DNA of 64,000 bases from Balanoglossus misakiensis (Eukaryota; Animalia; Hemichordata): contig CM082581.2 of NCBI GenBank assembly GCA_040954595.2, forward strand, positions 2,472,699 to 2,536,698. The letters are read 5' to 3'. The translations under genes were made by a program, and so were the position numbers. Within the stretch, counting starts at the first letter, position 1. Every line of letters starts with the position of its first letter. Under the pieces are notes generated by a model, which was not told the DNA's origin, searched no databases, and saw only the letters and a list, made by a program, of their open reading frames with translations. This document shows, one piece after another, positions 27,430 through 41,160 of the stretch.

Positions 27430-28780
27430 TAATTAAAGCTGCAAGCAGCGTTGGTAGGGCACAAACGGTTCCCATGGTAACCAGCGAATCCCAAAGCTGT
27501 ATCTGCTGTGGATACCAAGATATGGGAAAGTAGGTCAAAGGTCACCTGAGTTCACCCAAATTTGGGCGAAACATTTTGACACCATACTTGTCCATGACCA
27601 ACAAAAACCAAACCTCTAGCCCTATTGGTTAGCCTGGAATTAGATATGTGCATAATTAATGAGGTAACATAAAAGACCCCAAAAGGTGTTCAATCCCTCC
27701 AAAAGCCAAGGCTCTATCCTGTCTGGATGCCGAGATATAGGGAAGAAGGTCAAAGGTCACCTGAGGTCACCAAAATTTGAGCAAAATTTTGACACCACAT
27801 ATGTCCTTATACAACAAAAACCAAACATCTAGCCCTGTTGGTTAGCTTGGAATAAGATATGCACATAATTAATGATGTATTGTGTAAGACTCTATTAGGT
27901 GGTCAATCCCCCAATAGCCAGGGCTGTAACTGCTCTGGAAGCTGAGATATGGGAAAGTAGGTCAAAGGTCACCCAAAATTTGGGCATAAAAGTTTGACCC
28001 CATAGTGGGCCATGTCCAACAAAAACCAGACCTGGAGCCCTATTGGTTAGCCTGGATTTAGATATGCAGAAAAATGATGTTTCAGAAATAGGTCAAAGGT
28101 CATTGCCAAAATATTTGTGTCATGTCCTGACAGCATTGGTACCCATGTCCACAAAATTCATGACTGTAGTGCTTTTACAAGAGGAGGTATGGGGAATATG
28201 CATATATAATTAGTTGGTTTAAAACTGGGTCAAAGGTCATGTGAAAATTGCCCCCAAAATTGTGACAAGTTCCGGTCATATGATGACTTATATCCACAAA
28301 AATAATTTCCTTGGTGTCAACATTTTGGCTATAGAACGGAATTTACATTTTTCAATGGTTTTCAGGAAATCCAATATGGCCGCCATAATGATCGACCAAT
28401 CACAGTGCACTTCGCAAACTTGAAAGACATAGGTTAGGTGACTGCATACCCCGAATCCCATAACTCGGCGATCACTGCTTCTGGAGAAGAAGATTTTAAA
28501 AGTTTTAAGTAGTTTTTCAGAAAAAAAATTGTAGCAAAAAAACTTTATATTTGACATCATGATTTCAATGGGGTAAAATGATGGACAGAAGGTAGGCTAC
28601 CTGCACACAAAATTTGAACTCGATTGGCCCAGTAGTTTTTGAGAAGGAGTCATTTAACGGTTTTCGGAAAATCTAATATGGCCGCCAGGTCACGTGACTA
28701 ATTAAATATTCACGGCCACTCTAGGTCTACTCATTGGCCCCTATCACCCTACCAAGTTTCAGCCCTGTAGGTGCTGCGGT
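27430..28780 (+). mobile_element. Non-autonomous interspersed repeat with internal subrepeats (Helentron/HINE-like, tentative); right end approximate
   Basis: Starts aattaaagctgcaagcagc. Internal ~0.2-kb subrepeats carry ggtcaaaggtcacc, and aaatccaatatggccgcc motifs follow. A diverged inverted copy at 55.2-55.4 kb shows it is dispersed. Superfamily is inferred from architecture only. Confidence 0.55.
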
Positions 28781-30835
28781 TTTCCAGATCTACCTCGCCT
28801 GGCTTGTGCCCCTTATGATAGCATTAATGTGGCAAGCCAGCCCAACCCAACAAACTGAGGGTCAAGGGGTACATATGGTCAATTAATAAAAAAAAATAAG
28901 GTGCGACCAACATTGGCTAGGTCTAAGCAGTTCCTATGGATACCAGAGAGTGCCAATGCTATATCTGCTATGTTTATAGGAAAGTTGATCAAAGGTCACC
29001 AAGAGCTCACCCAAAATTGTCAACAAATTTTTCTTCCAAAATGATCAGTGTAAAATGAAAAACAAGACTTCTGGCTCTATTGGTTAACCTGGTTATTAGG
29101 TGTTCCAGCCTTCAAAATTGTAAGACGTTATCTGCTGTGCATGCCAAGGCATGGAAAAATAGGTCCATCAAAAATGTCCAAAACCAAAGCCATCAAAAAT
29201 GTCAGAAAAAATTTTGATTGCATAGTGGTCTATGTTCAAGGAAACCCAGACTCAAAGCTTCATTGTCTAGTCTACAATTACGTAAGCACATATTTATAAG
29301 ATTATCATTGGTCAAGAAATTCAGCAAAAAAATTAAGTCCAAAAGTAGAGCATGTTCATAAAAAATTCAACCTGTAACAATATGGGTAAGCTCAGCATTA
29401 GATATGCACATATTTAATAAGGTCAACATTGGTCCAGTGGATTCCAAATGTAACAAAAATACCTAAGTCCCATACTTGTCCATATACATCAAAAACCAAA
29501 CCTCTAGTGCTACTAGTCTTGCCGCAATAAGATATTCAGAAAAGAATACAGGTGCCAAATGTAGAACGAAGTTCAATGCCAAAATATGTCCTGGCAGCAG
29601 TAATGTGACAAAAATCATCACTGTTGTGCTTTTCAACAAGAGGCACATTCACGAATAATTAAGTTCTGAAAAAAACTAGATCAAAATACATGCGAAAGTT
29701 GCCAAAAAAAATGTAATGCATTCTGGTCATATGAAGACTCGTATCTATAAAAAGAATTGGTGTGCAATCAATGAGTAGCCCAGAAAAAGGAAATTTTAGT
29801 TTTTAATCAGAATTCATAAAATCCAATTTGGCTTCAATAAGCTTTAATTAAGTTCTGAAAGATCTGGATCAAAGAACAAATGAAAGTTGCCAAAAATTTG
29901 TATTATTAGGTGTTGAAAAAGGTTGGATCAAAGGACATGTGAAAGTTGCCAAAAAATTGTAACATATTCTAGTCGTATGGTGACTCGTATCCATTAAAGG
30001 AATTTGTATGCAATCAATGCATAGGCTAAAAATAGGAAAATTTAGTTCTTAATCGGAGTTTAGACAATCTAATTTGGCTCCAATGAGATTTAACCAATCA
30101 AAATTCACTTGAAAACTTGATTAGATAAAAAAATGACAATTATAATGAGATTTTCAAAAATCCAATAAGGCATCAAAAGTCACATGACCACTAATGATAT
30201 TATTGTCAAACTTTGAACCGGACAGTCAATTAGTAATTGATTTGCCCTGCAGTTTTGAAAAAATATGTCAACTTGTAGAAATTATCAGAAAATCCAATAT
30301 GGCCGTCATGAAGAAGACAATTAAACTTACAAGCAGGATTGCAGGGGCTAAACTGGTTAGCATGGTTTCAAAAGAAAGCAAAGGCTGTATCTGTTGTGGA
30401 TGCCAGGAAATGGTAAAGTACTTCATTAGGTGTTCCAGTCCTCTAAATTTGAAACATGCATCTGCTGTGCATGCCAGGTTATGGGAACGTAGATCAAAGG
30501 TCATTGCCAAAATTATCAAAAAATAAGGTTATGTTCCGGCAGCAGCAGTACTCATGTAAACAAAATCATGACTGTTGTGCTTTTTAACAAGAATCGTATC
30601 CACATACAATTAAAGAGGAACGACACCCACAATTTTGGGCTTCAAAGTCCAAACCGGGTGTCAAAAACGGCAACGTTCCGATGGGTTAATTCACTTTCAC
30701 TTCCTGCGCAAGCAGAAGACGCGAGTTGAAAATACTACAGTGACGTCAGCAACTTGCGTTGCAGTCGACGCGCAGGGCTCTTACACGTTCGACGTGTCAT
30801 TTCCAATAAACAGACACATTTTGCGCGGATCTGAC

Positions 30836-30905
30836 ATGGCGAAATGTCAAGTTCATGACTTTAAAAACATATTCGGAAAATCGACGGGGATAAGTTTCTT
30901 TCAAA
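30836..30905 (+). pseudogene. THAP-domain N-terminal remnant of a Kolobok transposase
   Basis: MAKCQVHDFKNIFGKSTGISFFQ resembles the THAP start MxxCxVxGCxN...GISFFxFP, with the second Cys lost and similarity ending after SFF. Confidence 0.6.
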
Positions 30906-31231
30906 GGCAATGCTCTACGTGTATTGTATTTGTCGATGCGTGCAGACATAGACCCTGCAATGTCCACGATGCCATGCATGTCGACGTTTATGAACAAACC
31001 GTAAGGCCTATACAAAGTTGTTCTAACTGCCGCTGATAATAATAAACGTACCGTTTTAAATCCTTCCTGCACATTTTTTGGTACACGTATTTGGGTTTAA
31101 TTTCCATTTATTGACGATCGCATAGTTATCAAATGAAAGCAACTAAAAAGGGCAGTTTTAATACATTTCAAGAGACGAAACATGCATAGAATAACTATGG
31201 TATTGGCTTCCATTATACTACGGACGTACTA

Positions 31232-31529
31232 CACCTGGAGAGCAGGACGATGCACCTTCGTTCTCTTCAACTTCATAAAAGGTGACAAAGTATTTTTGTA
31301 AGAAAAGTGGTTCGAAAAGGTGACAACGAGGGAGAGACAACAAGGGAGTATCACCCATGGAGTGTCTATGGTTTCACTGAAACCACACCAAGTGTAAGCC
31401 TTGACAAACGGGACACATCGGAGATCAGAACTGCATGAACTTTTGTCCTCTGTAAAATTCAGTCGCTTGGTCGTAGAAGGGAATCTCTGGTTCAAAATTG
31501 TAGCCTACTACCCGAGAATATGTTGCCAT
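31232..31529 (-). pseudogene. Probable KolX-like accessory gene 5' remnant
   Basis: MATYSRVVGYNFEPE resembles the N-terminal Y-x-FEP motif I recall from KolX (P2X7-C-like) proteins. It is followed by frameshifted acidic/Ser-rich sequence and lies convergent to the THAP remnant. Confidence 0.45.
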
Positions 31530-34500
31530 GCTAACGTCGTCGGTCGCGTGAGTGCAGGCGTGTATAAGCATAGGCTCGCTCCAACGCGTCGCGTCGGCAG
31601 CGGACAACAGTTGCTGACGTCACTCACTTCCGGGTTCGCGCAGTTTATGGCTGGCTGTAGCTCTGTTATGCGTAAGTGAAAGTGAATGAAACCAACGTTT
31701 TTCATAGTACTTTTTAATCGCATTTCGCAGAATTGGCTCAAAAACGGATCACAACGTTCCACTTTAAGTTCAGAAAACACTGGATCAAAGGACATGTGTA
31801 GTTGTCAAAATTTTGTATAATCAAGTTCTGAGAAAACTGGATCAAAAACATGTATTCTGGTCATATGGCGACTCGTATCCATACAAAAGTTTTATCCAAT
31901 AAGGTTGAACCAATCACAATTCACTTGAAAACTTAAGTAGAAAAAGATTTTTGACATTTTTAATGAGATTTTTCAAAAATCCATAATAAATCCAAAGTCA
32001 CATGACCACTAACATTATTATTGAAAAAATTGGAACCGCACAGTAAATTAGAACTTTATTGGCCTTGTAATTTTTGAAAAGAGTCAACTTTTAAAGGTTA
32101 TCAGAAAATCCAATATGGCTGCCATGACGAAGACAAAGCTAAAAGCAGCATTGGAGGGACGAATGTGGTTAGCATGGTTCCAACAGAAAGCAAAGGCTGT
32201 ATCTGTAGCAGATGCCGAGAAATGGTAAAGTAAGCCAGATGTCATGCAAAATTGTGCCAACAAATTTTGATATCAAACTGATCAGTGTCCAACAAAATCC
32301 AGACTTCTAAGCTATATTGGTTAACTTGAAATTGCTTATGTACATAATTATTGTGTTAACGTTTAATACTTCATTAGGTATTCCAGTCCTAAAAATTTGA
32401 AGGCTGTATCTGCTGTACATTCCAAGGCATGGGATAGTAGATCAAAGGTCATTGCCAAAGTTATCAAAAGATTTGGGTTATGTCCTGGCAGCAGTAGTAC
32501 TCATGTGAACAAAATCATGACTGTTGCGCTTTTTAACAAGAGGCATATCCACATAAAATTAAGTAGTGAACTTAAATGGATTAGAGAATGTGTGAAAGTT
32601 GCCAAAAAATGTAACATATTCTAGTCATATGGTGACTCGTATCCATAAAAAATAGTTGTGTGCTATCAATTAGTAGGCAAGAAATAGGAAAATGTATTTG
32701 TTAATCGGATTTTAGAAAATTCAATTTGGCTCCAATAAGGTTAAACCAATCACAATTCACTTGAGAACATGATTAGGAAAAATAAATGAGATTTTTTAAT
32801 GAGATTTTCAAAAATCCAATAAGGCATCCAAAGTCACATGACCACTAATGATATTATTGTCAAACTTTGTGAACAGTAAATTAGAACTTGATTCGCCCTG
32901 CAGTTTTGAAGAAAGTCAACTTTTATAGATTATCAGAATATCCTATATGGCAACCATGAAGGAGACAATTAAAGCAACATGCAGCATTGCAGGGGCCAAA
33001 GTGGTTAGCATGGTTCCAACACAAAGCAAAGGCTGTATCTGTTATGGATGCTGAGAAATGGTTAAGTAAGTCAGAGGTCATGCAAAATTGTGCTAACAAA
33101 ATTTGATATCACACTGATCCGTATCCAACAAAAAGCCAGACTTCTAACTCTATGGGTTAATTTGAAAAAGCTTATGTACATAAATATTGTGTTAAAGTTT
33201 AAACTTCATTAGGTGTTTAAGTCCTCCAAATTTGAAGAATGTATCTGCTGTGCATGCCAAGTTATGGGGAAGTACATCAAAGGTAATTGCCAAAATTATC
33301 AAAATATATGTGTTATGTCCTGGCAGCAGTAGTACTAATGTGAACAAAATCATGACTGTTGTGCTTTTAACAAGAGGCATATCCACATAAAATTTAGTTC
33401 TGGAATTACAGTATCAAAGGAGATGCGAGAGTCACCAGCAAATTGAAATATATTCTTGTCATATGGTGACTCATATCCATAAAAATTATTTGTGTGGTTT
33501 CAATGAGTAGGCTAGAAATAGGAAATTTTAGTTTTTAATCGGAGATCAGAAAATCCAATATGGGTCCAATTAGTTTTAACCAATCAAAATTTACTTGAAA
33601 ACTTGATTAGAAATAGATTTTTGATTTTTTTTATGATATTTTTCAAAAATCCAATTATGCATCCAAAGCCACATGACCACTACTGATACTATTATTGTCA
33701 AACATTGAACCGCACAGTAAATTAGAACTTGATTGGCCCTGTATTTTTTGAAAAAAAAATGTCAAGTTTTAAAGGTTATCCGAAAATCCAATATGGCCAC
33801 CATGAAGAAGACAATTAATACTAAAAGCAGCATTGGAGGGACCAAAGCGGTTAGCATGGTTCGAACAGAAAGCAAAGGCTGTATCTGTTATGGATGCTGA
33901 GAAATGGTAAGTAAGCGAGAGGTCACGCAAATTTGGGCCAACAAATTTCGATATCAAACTGAGCTGTGTCCAACAGAAAACAGACTTCTCAGCTCTATTG
34001 GTTAACTTGAAATTGCTTATGTACATAATTATTGTGTTAAAGTTTAATACTTCATTAGGTGTTTCAGTCCTCCAAATATTTTGTTTATTTCCTGGCAGCA
34101 GAAAGCAAAGGCTGCATCTGTTATAGATGCAAAACTCCTGTGAACAAAATCATGACTGGTGTGCTTTTTGACAAGAAGCATATCCACGCACAATTAAGTT
34201 CTGGAAAAAATGGATCAAAGGACATTCGAAAATTGCCCAAAAATTGTAATATAATCTGGTCATGTGGTGACTCATATCTATTAAAAGAATTTGGGTAGGC
34301 TAGAAATAGGATTTTTTTTAAATCGTGTGTTTAGAAAATCCGATTTGGCTTTAATTAGGATAAACCAATCACAATTCACTTGAAAACGTGATTAGGAAAA
34401 GATTTGTGAAATTTTTCATGAGATTTTTCAAAAATCCAATATGGCAACCAAAGTGACATGACCACTAATGATATTATTGTCAAACATTAAACCGCACAGT

Positions 34501-36110
34501 AAATTAGAACTTGATTTGCCTTGTAGTTGTTGAAAAGATGTAAATTTTTAAGTGTTATCATAATATCCAATATGGCCGCCATTAAGAAGAAATGGGATGG
34601 GCCCAAGCAGTTAGCATGGTTCCAACAGAAAGCAAAGGATGTTTTGTTAAAAAAATCATATGAAAACTCATGTTCGAAAGAGCATACAGTGTGGTTTAAC
34701 CGTGAGCGTCATTGGGCAAAATTTCTTTTTGGATTTTGGCGCTATATAAACTTTTTTGCTTGATTGATTTGATTTGATTTTGTTGTGGATGCAAAGAAAT
34801 GGTAAAGTAAGCCAGAGGTCACGCAAAATTGTGACACAAATGTTTGATCTTAAACTGATCAGTGTCAAACAAAAAAACAGATTTCTAAGCTCTATTGGTT
34901 AACTTGAAATAGATTATGTACAAAATTATCGTGTAAAAGTTTAATACTTTATTGGGTGTTGCAGTCCACCAAATTTGAAGGCTGTATCTGCTGTACATGC
35001 CAAGGCATGGGATAGTAGATCAAAAGTCATTGCCAAAATTATCAAAAGATTTGGGTTATGTCCTGGCAGCAGTAGTACTCATGTGAACAAAATCATGACT
35101 GTTGTGCTTTTTGGCCGCCATGAACAAGACAATTACAACTAAAAGCAGCATTGGAGGGACCAAAGTGGTTAGCATGGTTCCAACAGAAAGCAAAGGCTGT
35201 ATCTGTTATTGATGCTGAGAAATTGTAAGTAAGCCAGAGGTCACGCAAATTTGGGCCAACAAATTTTGATATCAAACTGAGCTGTGTCCAACAGAAAACA
35301 GACTTCTAAGCTCTATTGGTTAACTTGAAATAGCTTATGTACATAATTATTGTGTTAAAGTTTAATTCTTCATAAGGTGTTCCAGTCCACCAAATTTGAA
35401 GGCTGTATCTGCTGTACATGCCAAGGCATGGGATAGTAGATCAAAGGTCATTGCCAAGATTATCAAAGATTTGGGTTATGTCCTGGCAGCAGTAGTACTC
35501 ATGTGAACAAAATCATGACTGTTGGGCTTTTTAACAAGATGCATATCTATGTATAATTTAATTCTTATAAAATAATGTAAAGGACACTGTGGTGCCCTTT
35601 GGGGATTACTCAGAAATTAGGTATTCACCAGAATTAAATTCAGGGGCGACATTGGCAAGCATATATGGCATTAATATTTAAATACTATGGAAACATAAAA
35701 AAATTAACTATGCCAAATAAAGTGTTACGTGTCACAGCAATCTTACAAGCTACACTAAAAAAACAACAACTGATTTTTGTCCAAAAACTGTCTGTAAAAA
35801 TACATGTGAGTATGACAAATTAATTAGTCCAATCAGACAGAGGCATTCACTGACCTACCACCAGTTTATAATAAAATAGCTGGTGGTCCCTGTAACAGCT
35901 GGACCATTAAATTTATATAAGGAAGATCAGTTAAACATTTACTCCAAGATTGCCGTTTATTTTTCTGATAAAAATGTTTATACATCTTAGTAGGTTATAA
36001 CAAAGAAAATTATCAAAATCGGTTCACCGGATTTCAGCGTACAAACGCATCAAATAATACTGAGATTCTCAAGTATCTTCACCATTTTTCAAAGAATTTT
36101 ACCAAATTAT

Positions 36111-37477
36111 ATAAAAATGTAAGATTCACAGAAGATTACTTCTTTCAGTTTTACAGGAGATCATCTAAACTTGTAAAAAAAATCTCTCTATTTTTTGCAT
36201 GGCACCATGGTAAAATATGAAAATTTGCAATGTTTGATGTTCCGTGTCTAAATCATGTTTGATCTAATTTTCACGAAATTTTCAGATTATATTACAATAT
36301 ATGTGCAGATACAGATAGTGACTTATGTTTTTGATATCTGGATTATAATTTAAATTCCCAGGCGCTCAAATATGGTAAACCTAGCATTTTACCATTGCAA
36401 ATGGGCGGCCAAATTCGGTTGACATTTCATTAGATGGCAATATTTGTTTATACATTGCAATTTGCTGAAAATCAGTTCAATCACTGTAGTAAGTGGAAAT
36501 ATTTAAATTCTTGTGTATTTTAGCAATCATAAAGCTGATATTACTATCAAAAAAATGTTATACAGTTGCTTCTGGACAGCAAAAATTGCCATCATTCAAG
36601 TCAAAGTCTCAGATCGGCCCTTTTGCTTGCCTGTGTCGAGCAGATATCAAAAGTGGAGAAAGTTGGATAGTTTAATTTCTACATGTTACCTGTACTATCC
36701 TTGTAGACTATTAACATTAACAAGAATTTCATATTAAATTCTGGTATGATATGCATGGAAAGACTGGCTGGCTATAAATCATAAAAATGGACGCCGTTGC
36801 ACCATACAGTTTTACTGCATACACACGTATTTTAAGCAAACTGTGCCTTTCATTGTATTCCACTTTTCTCCCTTCCTTGCTGGCTTTCTCTGTTTTTTTT
36901 CTGACTGTGTCTTTATAAAATTACTATTTTTGTTTATTTTTTTTATTTTTTTATTTTTTTTTGGGGGGGGGGGGGGGGTAATTCAATTTCTGGCTCCAAA
37001 AATTGTACTAGAGCTGGTAAGGTCTCCTGAAAATTAATCCCTGTATCTTTAACGCAGGTGTGCAAGTTCATATAAAGTTCATTGGTTAAAGGAATATTAT
37101 GAGCTGATAAATTTACTAAGCTCTTCTTTCCAGTTAGAAGCTCTGCTATATTAACAACTACTCTCAATGCTACTTCAATAATGTTGCCTGTGCAAATTGA
37201 CAATCAAAATATCCATTAGTTAGACAACATATTTGGTTGGGTAATTACAGAATAATAACTATAATTCCATGCATACTCTACCTAAACTCAAATTAGAATA
37301 TATAACTAAAATTATAGTTATACACAGGTCTATAAAATGCTAAGAAAATGTAAAATCTAGGAAAGAACACCCATGGGCATTCAGCTCTTAGCAGATAACA
37401 TCAGTCACTTTGAAGACATGTCACTTCCCAGACTTTACTAAAAATACTTCCAACTCTGACGTTAAACGCATCTCCAA
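36111..37477. repeat. 1.35-kb block X, copy 1 of 3
   Basis: Runs ataaaaatgtaagattcacagaag ... aaacgcatctccaa; same incidental ORF (MSICTGNIIEVALRVV) as copies 2 and 3. Confidence 0.92.
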
Positions 37478-39337
37478 AAAATCCAATATGGCAACCATGA
37501 AGAAGACAATTAAAGCAACATGCTGCATTGGAGGGACCAAAGTGGTAAGCATGGTTCCAAAAGAAAGCAAAGGCTGTTTCTGTTGTGGATGCCAAGAAAT
37601 GGTAAAGTAAGCCAGAGGTCATGCAAAATTGTGCTAACAAAATTTGATATCAAACTGATCAGTGTCCAACAAAAAACCAGACTTCTAAGCTCTATTGGTT
37701 AACTTGAAATAGCTTATGTACATAATTATTGTGTTAAAGTTTAATACTTCATTAGGTGTTCCAGTCCACCAAATTTGAAGGCTGTATCTGCTGTACATTC
37801 CAAGGCATGGGATAGTAGATCAAAGGTCATTGCCAAAATTATCAAAAAATTTGGGTTTTGTCCTGGCAGCAGTAGTACTCGTGTGAACAAAATCATAACT
37901 GCTGTGCTTTTTAACAAGAGGCATATCCACATAAAATAAGTTCTGGAATAACTGGATCAAAGGACAAGCGAGAGTCGCAAATAAATTGTTTAAATCAAGT
38001 TCTGTAAAAACTTGATCAAAGAACATGTGAAAGTAGTCTAATAATTGTGATATATTCTGGTCATATGGTGACTCATATCCATAACAAGAATTTGTGTGGT
38101 TTCAATGAGCAGGCTAGAAATAGGAAATATTAGTCTTTTATCGGAGATCAGAAAATCCAATTTGGCTCAATAAGGTTTACCCAATCACAATTTACTTGAA
38201 AACTTGATTAGAAAAGGATTTGTGAAATTTTTCATGAGATTTTTCAAAAATCCAATATGGCAACCAAAGTGACATGACCACTAATGATATTGTTGTCAAA
38301 CATTGAACCGCACAGTAAATTAGAACTTGATTTGCCTTGTAGTTGTTGAAAAGATGTCAATTTTTAAGGGTTATCAGAATATCCAATATGGCCACCATTA
38401 AGAAGAAATGGGACAGGCCCTAGCGGTTAGCATGGTTCCAACAGAAAGCAAAGGCTGTTTTGTTGTGGATGCCAAGAAATGGTAAAGTAAGCCAGAGGTC
38501 ACGCAAAATTGTGACACAAATTTTTGATCTTAAACTGATCAGTGTCCAACAAAAACCAGACTTGTAAGCTCCATTTGTTTACTTGAAATAGCTTATGTAC
38601 AAAATTATTGTGTTAAAGTTTAATACTTCATTAGTTGTTTCAGTCCTCCAAATTTGAAGACTGTATCTGCTGTGCATGCCAACTTATGGAAAAGTAGATC
38701 AAAGGTCATTGCCATAATTAGCAAAATATTTTGGTTATTTCCTGGCAGCAGCAGTACTCATGTGAACAAAATCATGACTGTTGTGCTTTTTAACAAGAGG
38801 CATATCCACATAAAATAAGTTCTGGAATTACTGGATCAAAGGACATGCGAGAGTCGCAAACACATTGTTTAATCAAGTTCTGTAAAAACTTGATCAAAGA
38901 ACATGTGAAAGTAGTCTAATAATTGTGATATATTCTGGTCATATGGTGACTCATATCCATAAAAAGAATTTGTGTGGTTTCAATGAGCAGGCTAGAAATA
39001 GGAAATTTTAGTCTTTTATTGGAGATCAGAAAATCCAATTTGGCTTCAATAAGGTTTACCCAATCACAATTTACTTGAAAACTTGATTAGAAATAGATTT
39101 TTGAAATTTTTTAATGATATTTTTTCAAAAATCCAAAGCCACATGACCACTAATGATATTATTGTCAAACATTGAACCGCACAGTAAATTAGAACTTGAT
39201 TGGCCCTGTAGTTTTTGAAAAAAATGTCAACTTTTAAAGGTTATCCAAATATCCAATATGGCCGCCATGAAGAAGACAATTAAAACATTTACTAAAAGCA
39301 GCATTTGAGGGACCAAAGCGGTTAACATGGTTCCAAC

Positions 39338-41076
39338 ATAAAAATGCAAGATTCACAGAAGATTACTTCTTTCAGTTTTACAGGAGATCATCTAAACTTG
39401 TAAAAAAATCTCTCTATTTTTTGCATGGCACCATGGTAAGATATGAAAATTTGCAATGTTTGATGTTCCGTGTCTCAATCATGTTTTATCTAATTTTCAC
39501 GAAATTTCCAGATTATATTGAACACCTATTGCCTGGCCATGAGGGCCATAGCGGCCGTTTATTACACCGGAGGGGTTGTGAGTTACCAGAATCATATGCT
39601 ATTTCCCGAGGCCGCAGGCCGAGGGAAATAGCGTATGATTCTGGTAACTCACAGCCACGTGGGGGTAAAAACGGCTGCTATGGCCCGAATATAGGCCAGG
39701 CTATAGGTGTTTTATAATAAACCTCATGCTGACAGTTTGGAAAATCATGCAATTTTCTCTTGAGGTTGGCAGACGACATCTTCAGCGGTGGCCATTGTGT
39801 CAGACGCGACGCTGATTGACGTGACCACGTTTGTCATGTGACCGGTTTATATTTTTTCTGCTATTTCCCGAACGGTTCATAGTCGATTCTATTTTCCTAT
39901 CACGTGACGGATTCTGGCGAATCACGGCACAGTATTAGCATGAGGTATATTATAATACAATATATGTGCAGATATCTGGATTATAATTTAAATTCCTAGG
40001 CGCTCAAATATGGTAAACCTAGCATTTTACCATTGCAAATGGGCGGCCATATTGGGTTGACATTTCATTAGATGGCAATATTTTTTTATACACTGCAATT
40101 TGCTGAAAATCAGTTCAATCACTGTAGTAAGTGGAAACATTTAAAGTCTTGTGTATTTTAGCAATCATAAAGCTGATATTACTACCAAAAACATTTTATA
40201 CAGTTACTTCTGAACAGCAAAAATTGCCATCATTCAAGTCAAAGTCTCAGATCGGCCCTTTTGCTTGCCTGTGTCGAGTGGATATCAAAAGTGGAGAAAG
40301 TTGGATAGTTTAATTTCTACATGTTACCTGTACTATCCTTGTAGACTATTAACATTAACAAGAATTTCATATTAAATTTTGGTATGATATGCATGGAAAG
40401 ACTGGCTGGCTATAAATCATGAAAATGGACGCCGTTGCACCATACAGTTTTTACTGCACACACATGTATTTTAAGCACACTGTGTCTTTCATGTATTCCA
40501 CTTTTCTCCCTTCCTTGCTGGCTTTGGCTATTTCTTTTCTGACTGTGTCTTTATGAAATTACTGATTTTTTTTTTGGTAATTCAACTTCTGGCTCAAATA
40601 AATGTACTAGAGCTGGTAAGGTTTCCTGAACATTAATCCCTGTATCTTTAACGCAGGTGTGCAAGTTCATATAAAGTTCATTGGTTAAAGGAATATTATG
40701 AGCTGATAAATTTACTAAGCTCTTCTTTCCAGTTAGAAGCTCTGCTATATTATCAACTACTCTCAATGCTACTTCAATAATGTTGCCTGTGCAAATTGAC
40801 AATCAAAATATCCATTAGTTAGACAACATATTTGGTTGGGTAATTACAGAATAATTACTTTAATTCCATGCATACTCTACCTAAACTCAAATTAGAATAT
40901 ATAACTGAAATTATAATTATAAACAGGTCTATGAAATGCTAAGAAAATGTAAAATCTAGGAAAGAACACCCATGGGCATTCAGCTCTTAGCAGATAACAT
41001 CAGTCACTTTGAAGACATGTCACTTCCCAGACTTTACTAAAAAAACTTCAAACTCTGAAGTGAAACGCATCTCCAA
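39338..41076. repeat. 1.35-kb block X, copy 2 (contains a ~437-bp insertion)
   Basis: Same start, end and internal sequence as copy 1. Confidence 0.92.
39519..39955. mobile_element. Double-hairpin non-autonomous element (Crypton-like palindromic repeat, tentative)
   Basis: Absent from X copies 1 and 3. A ~190-bp imperfect palindrome (39521-39711) is centred on gaggccgcaggccgag, followed by a second IR pair ataataaacctcatgct / agcatgaggtatattat (39714-30, 39937-53). Confidence 0.7.
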
Positions 41077-41160
41077 AAAATCCAATATGGCAACCATGAA
41101 GAAGACAATTAAAGCAACATGCTGCATTGCAGGGGCCAAAGTGGTTTGCATGGTTCCAAC

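Larger units (their letters stand above)
30614..31763 (+). mobile_element. Kolobok DNA transposon, internally deleted non-autonomous copy (1,150 bp)
   Basis: TTAA TSD (30610-13, 31764-67); TIR AGAGGAACG / CGTTCCACT (1 mismatch); subterminal inverted ttcactttcactt. Sister repeat units show the empty site (atccacataaaattaag). TTAA TSD with RR...YY termini is the Kolobok signature. Confidence 0.85.
28900..39337 (+). repeat. Degenerate, interrupted tandem array of ~780-900-bp units derived from the 27.4-kb element family
   Basis: Anchor tccaatatggc...(gaagacaatt)...gcatggttccaacagaaagcaaaggctg at ~30293, 32109, 32941, 33787, 34566, 35113, 37482, 38382 and 39252, with a stub at 41081. Confidence 0.85.

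Noticed and set aside
27123-27533. 136-aa Lys/Arg/Glu-rich ORF
   Set aside because: It reads through the minisatellite, the GA tract and a TE head.
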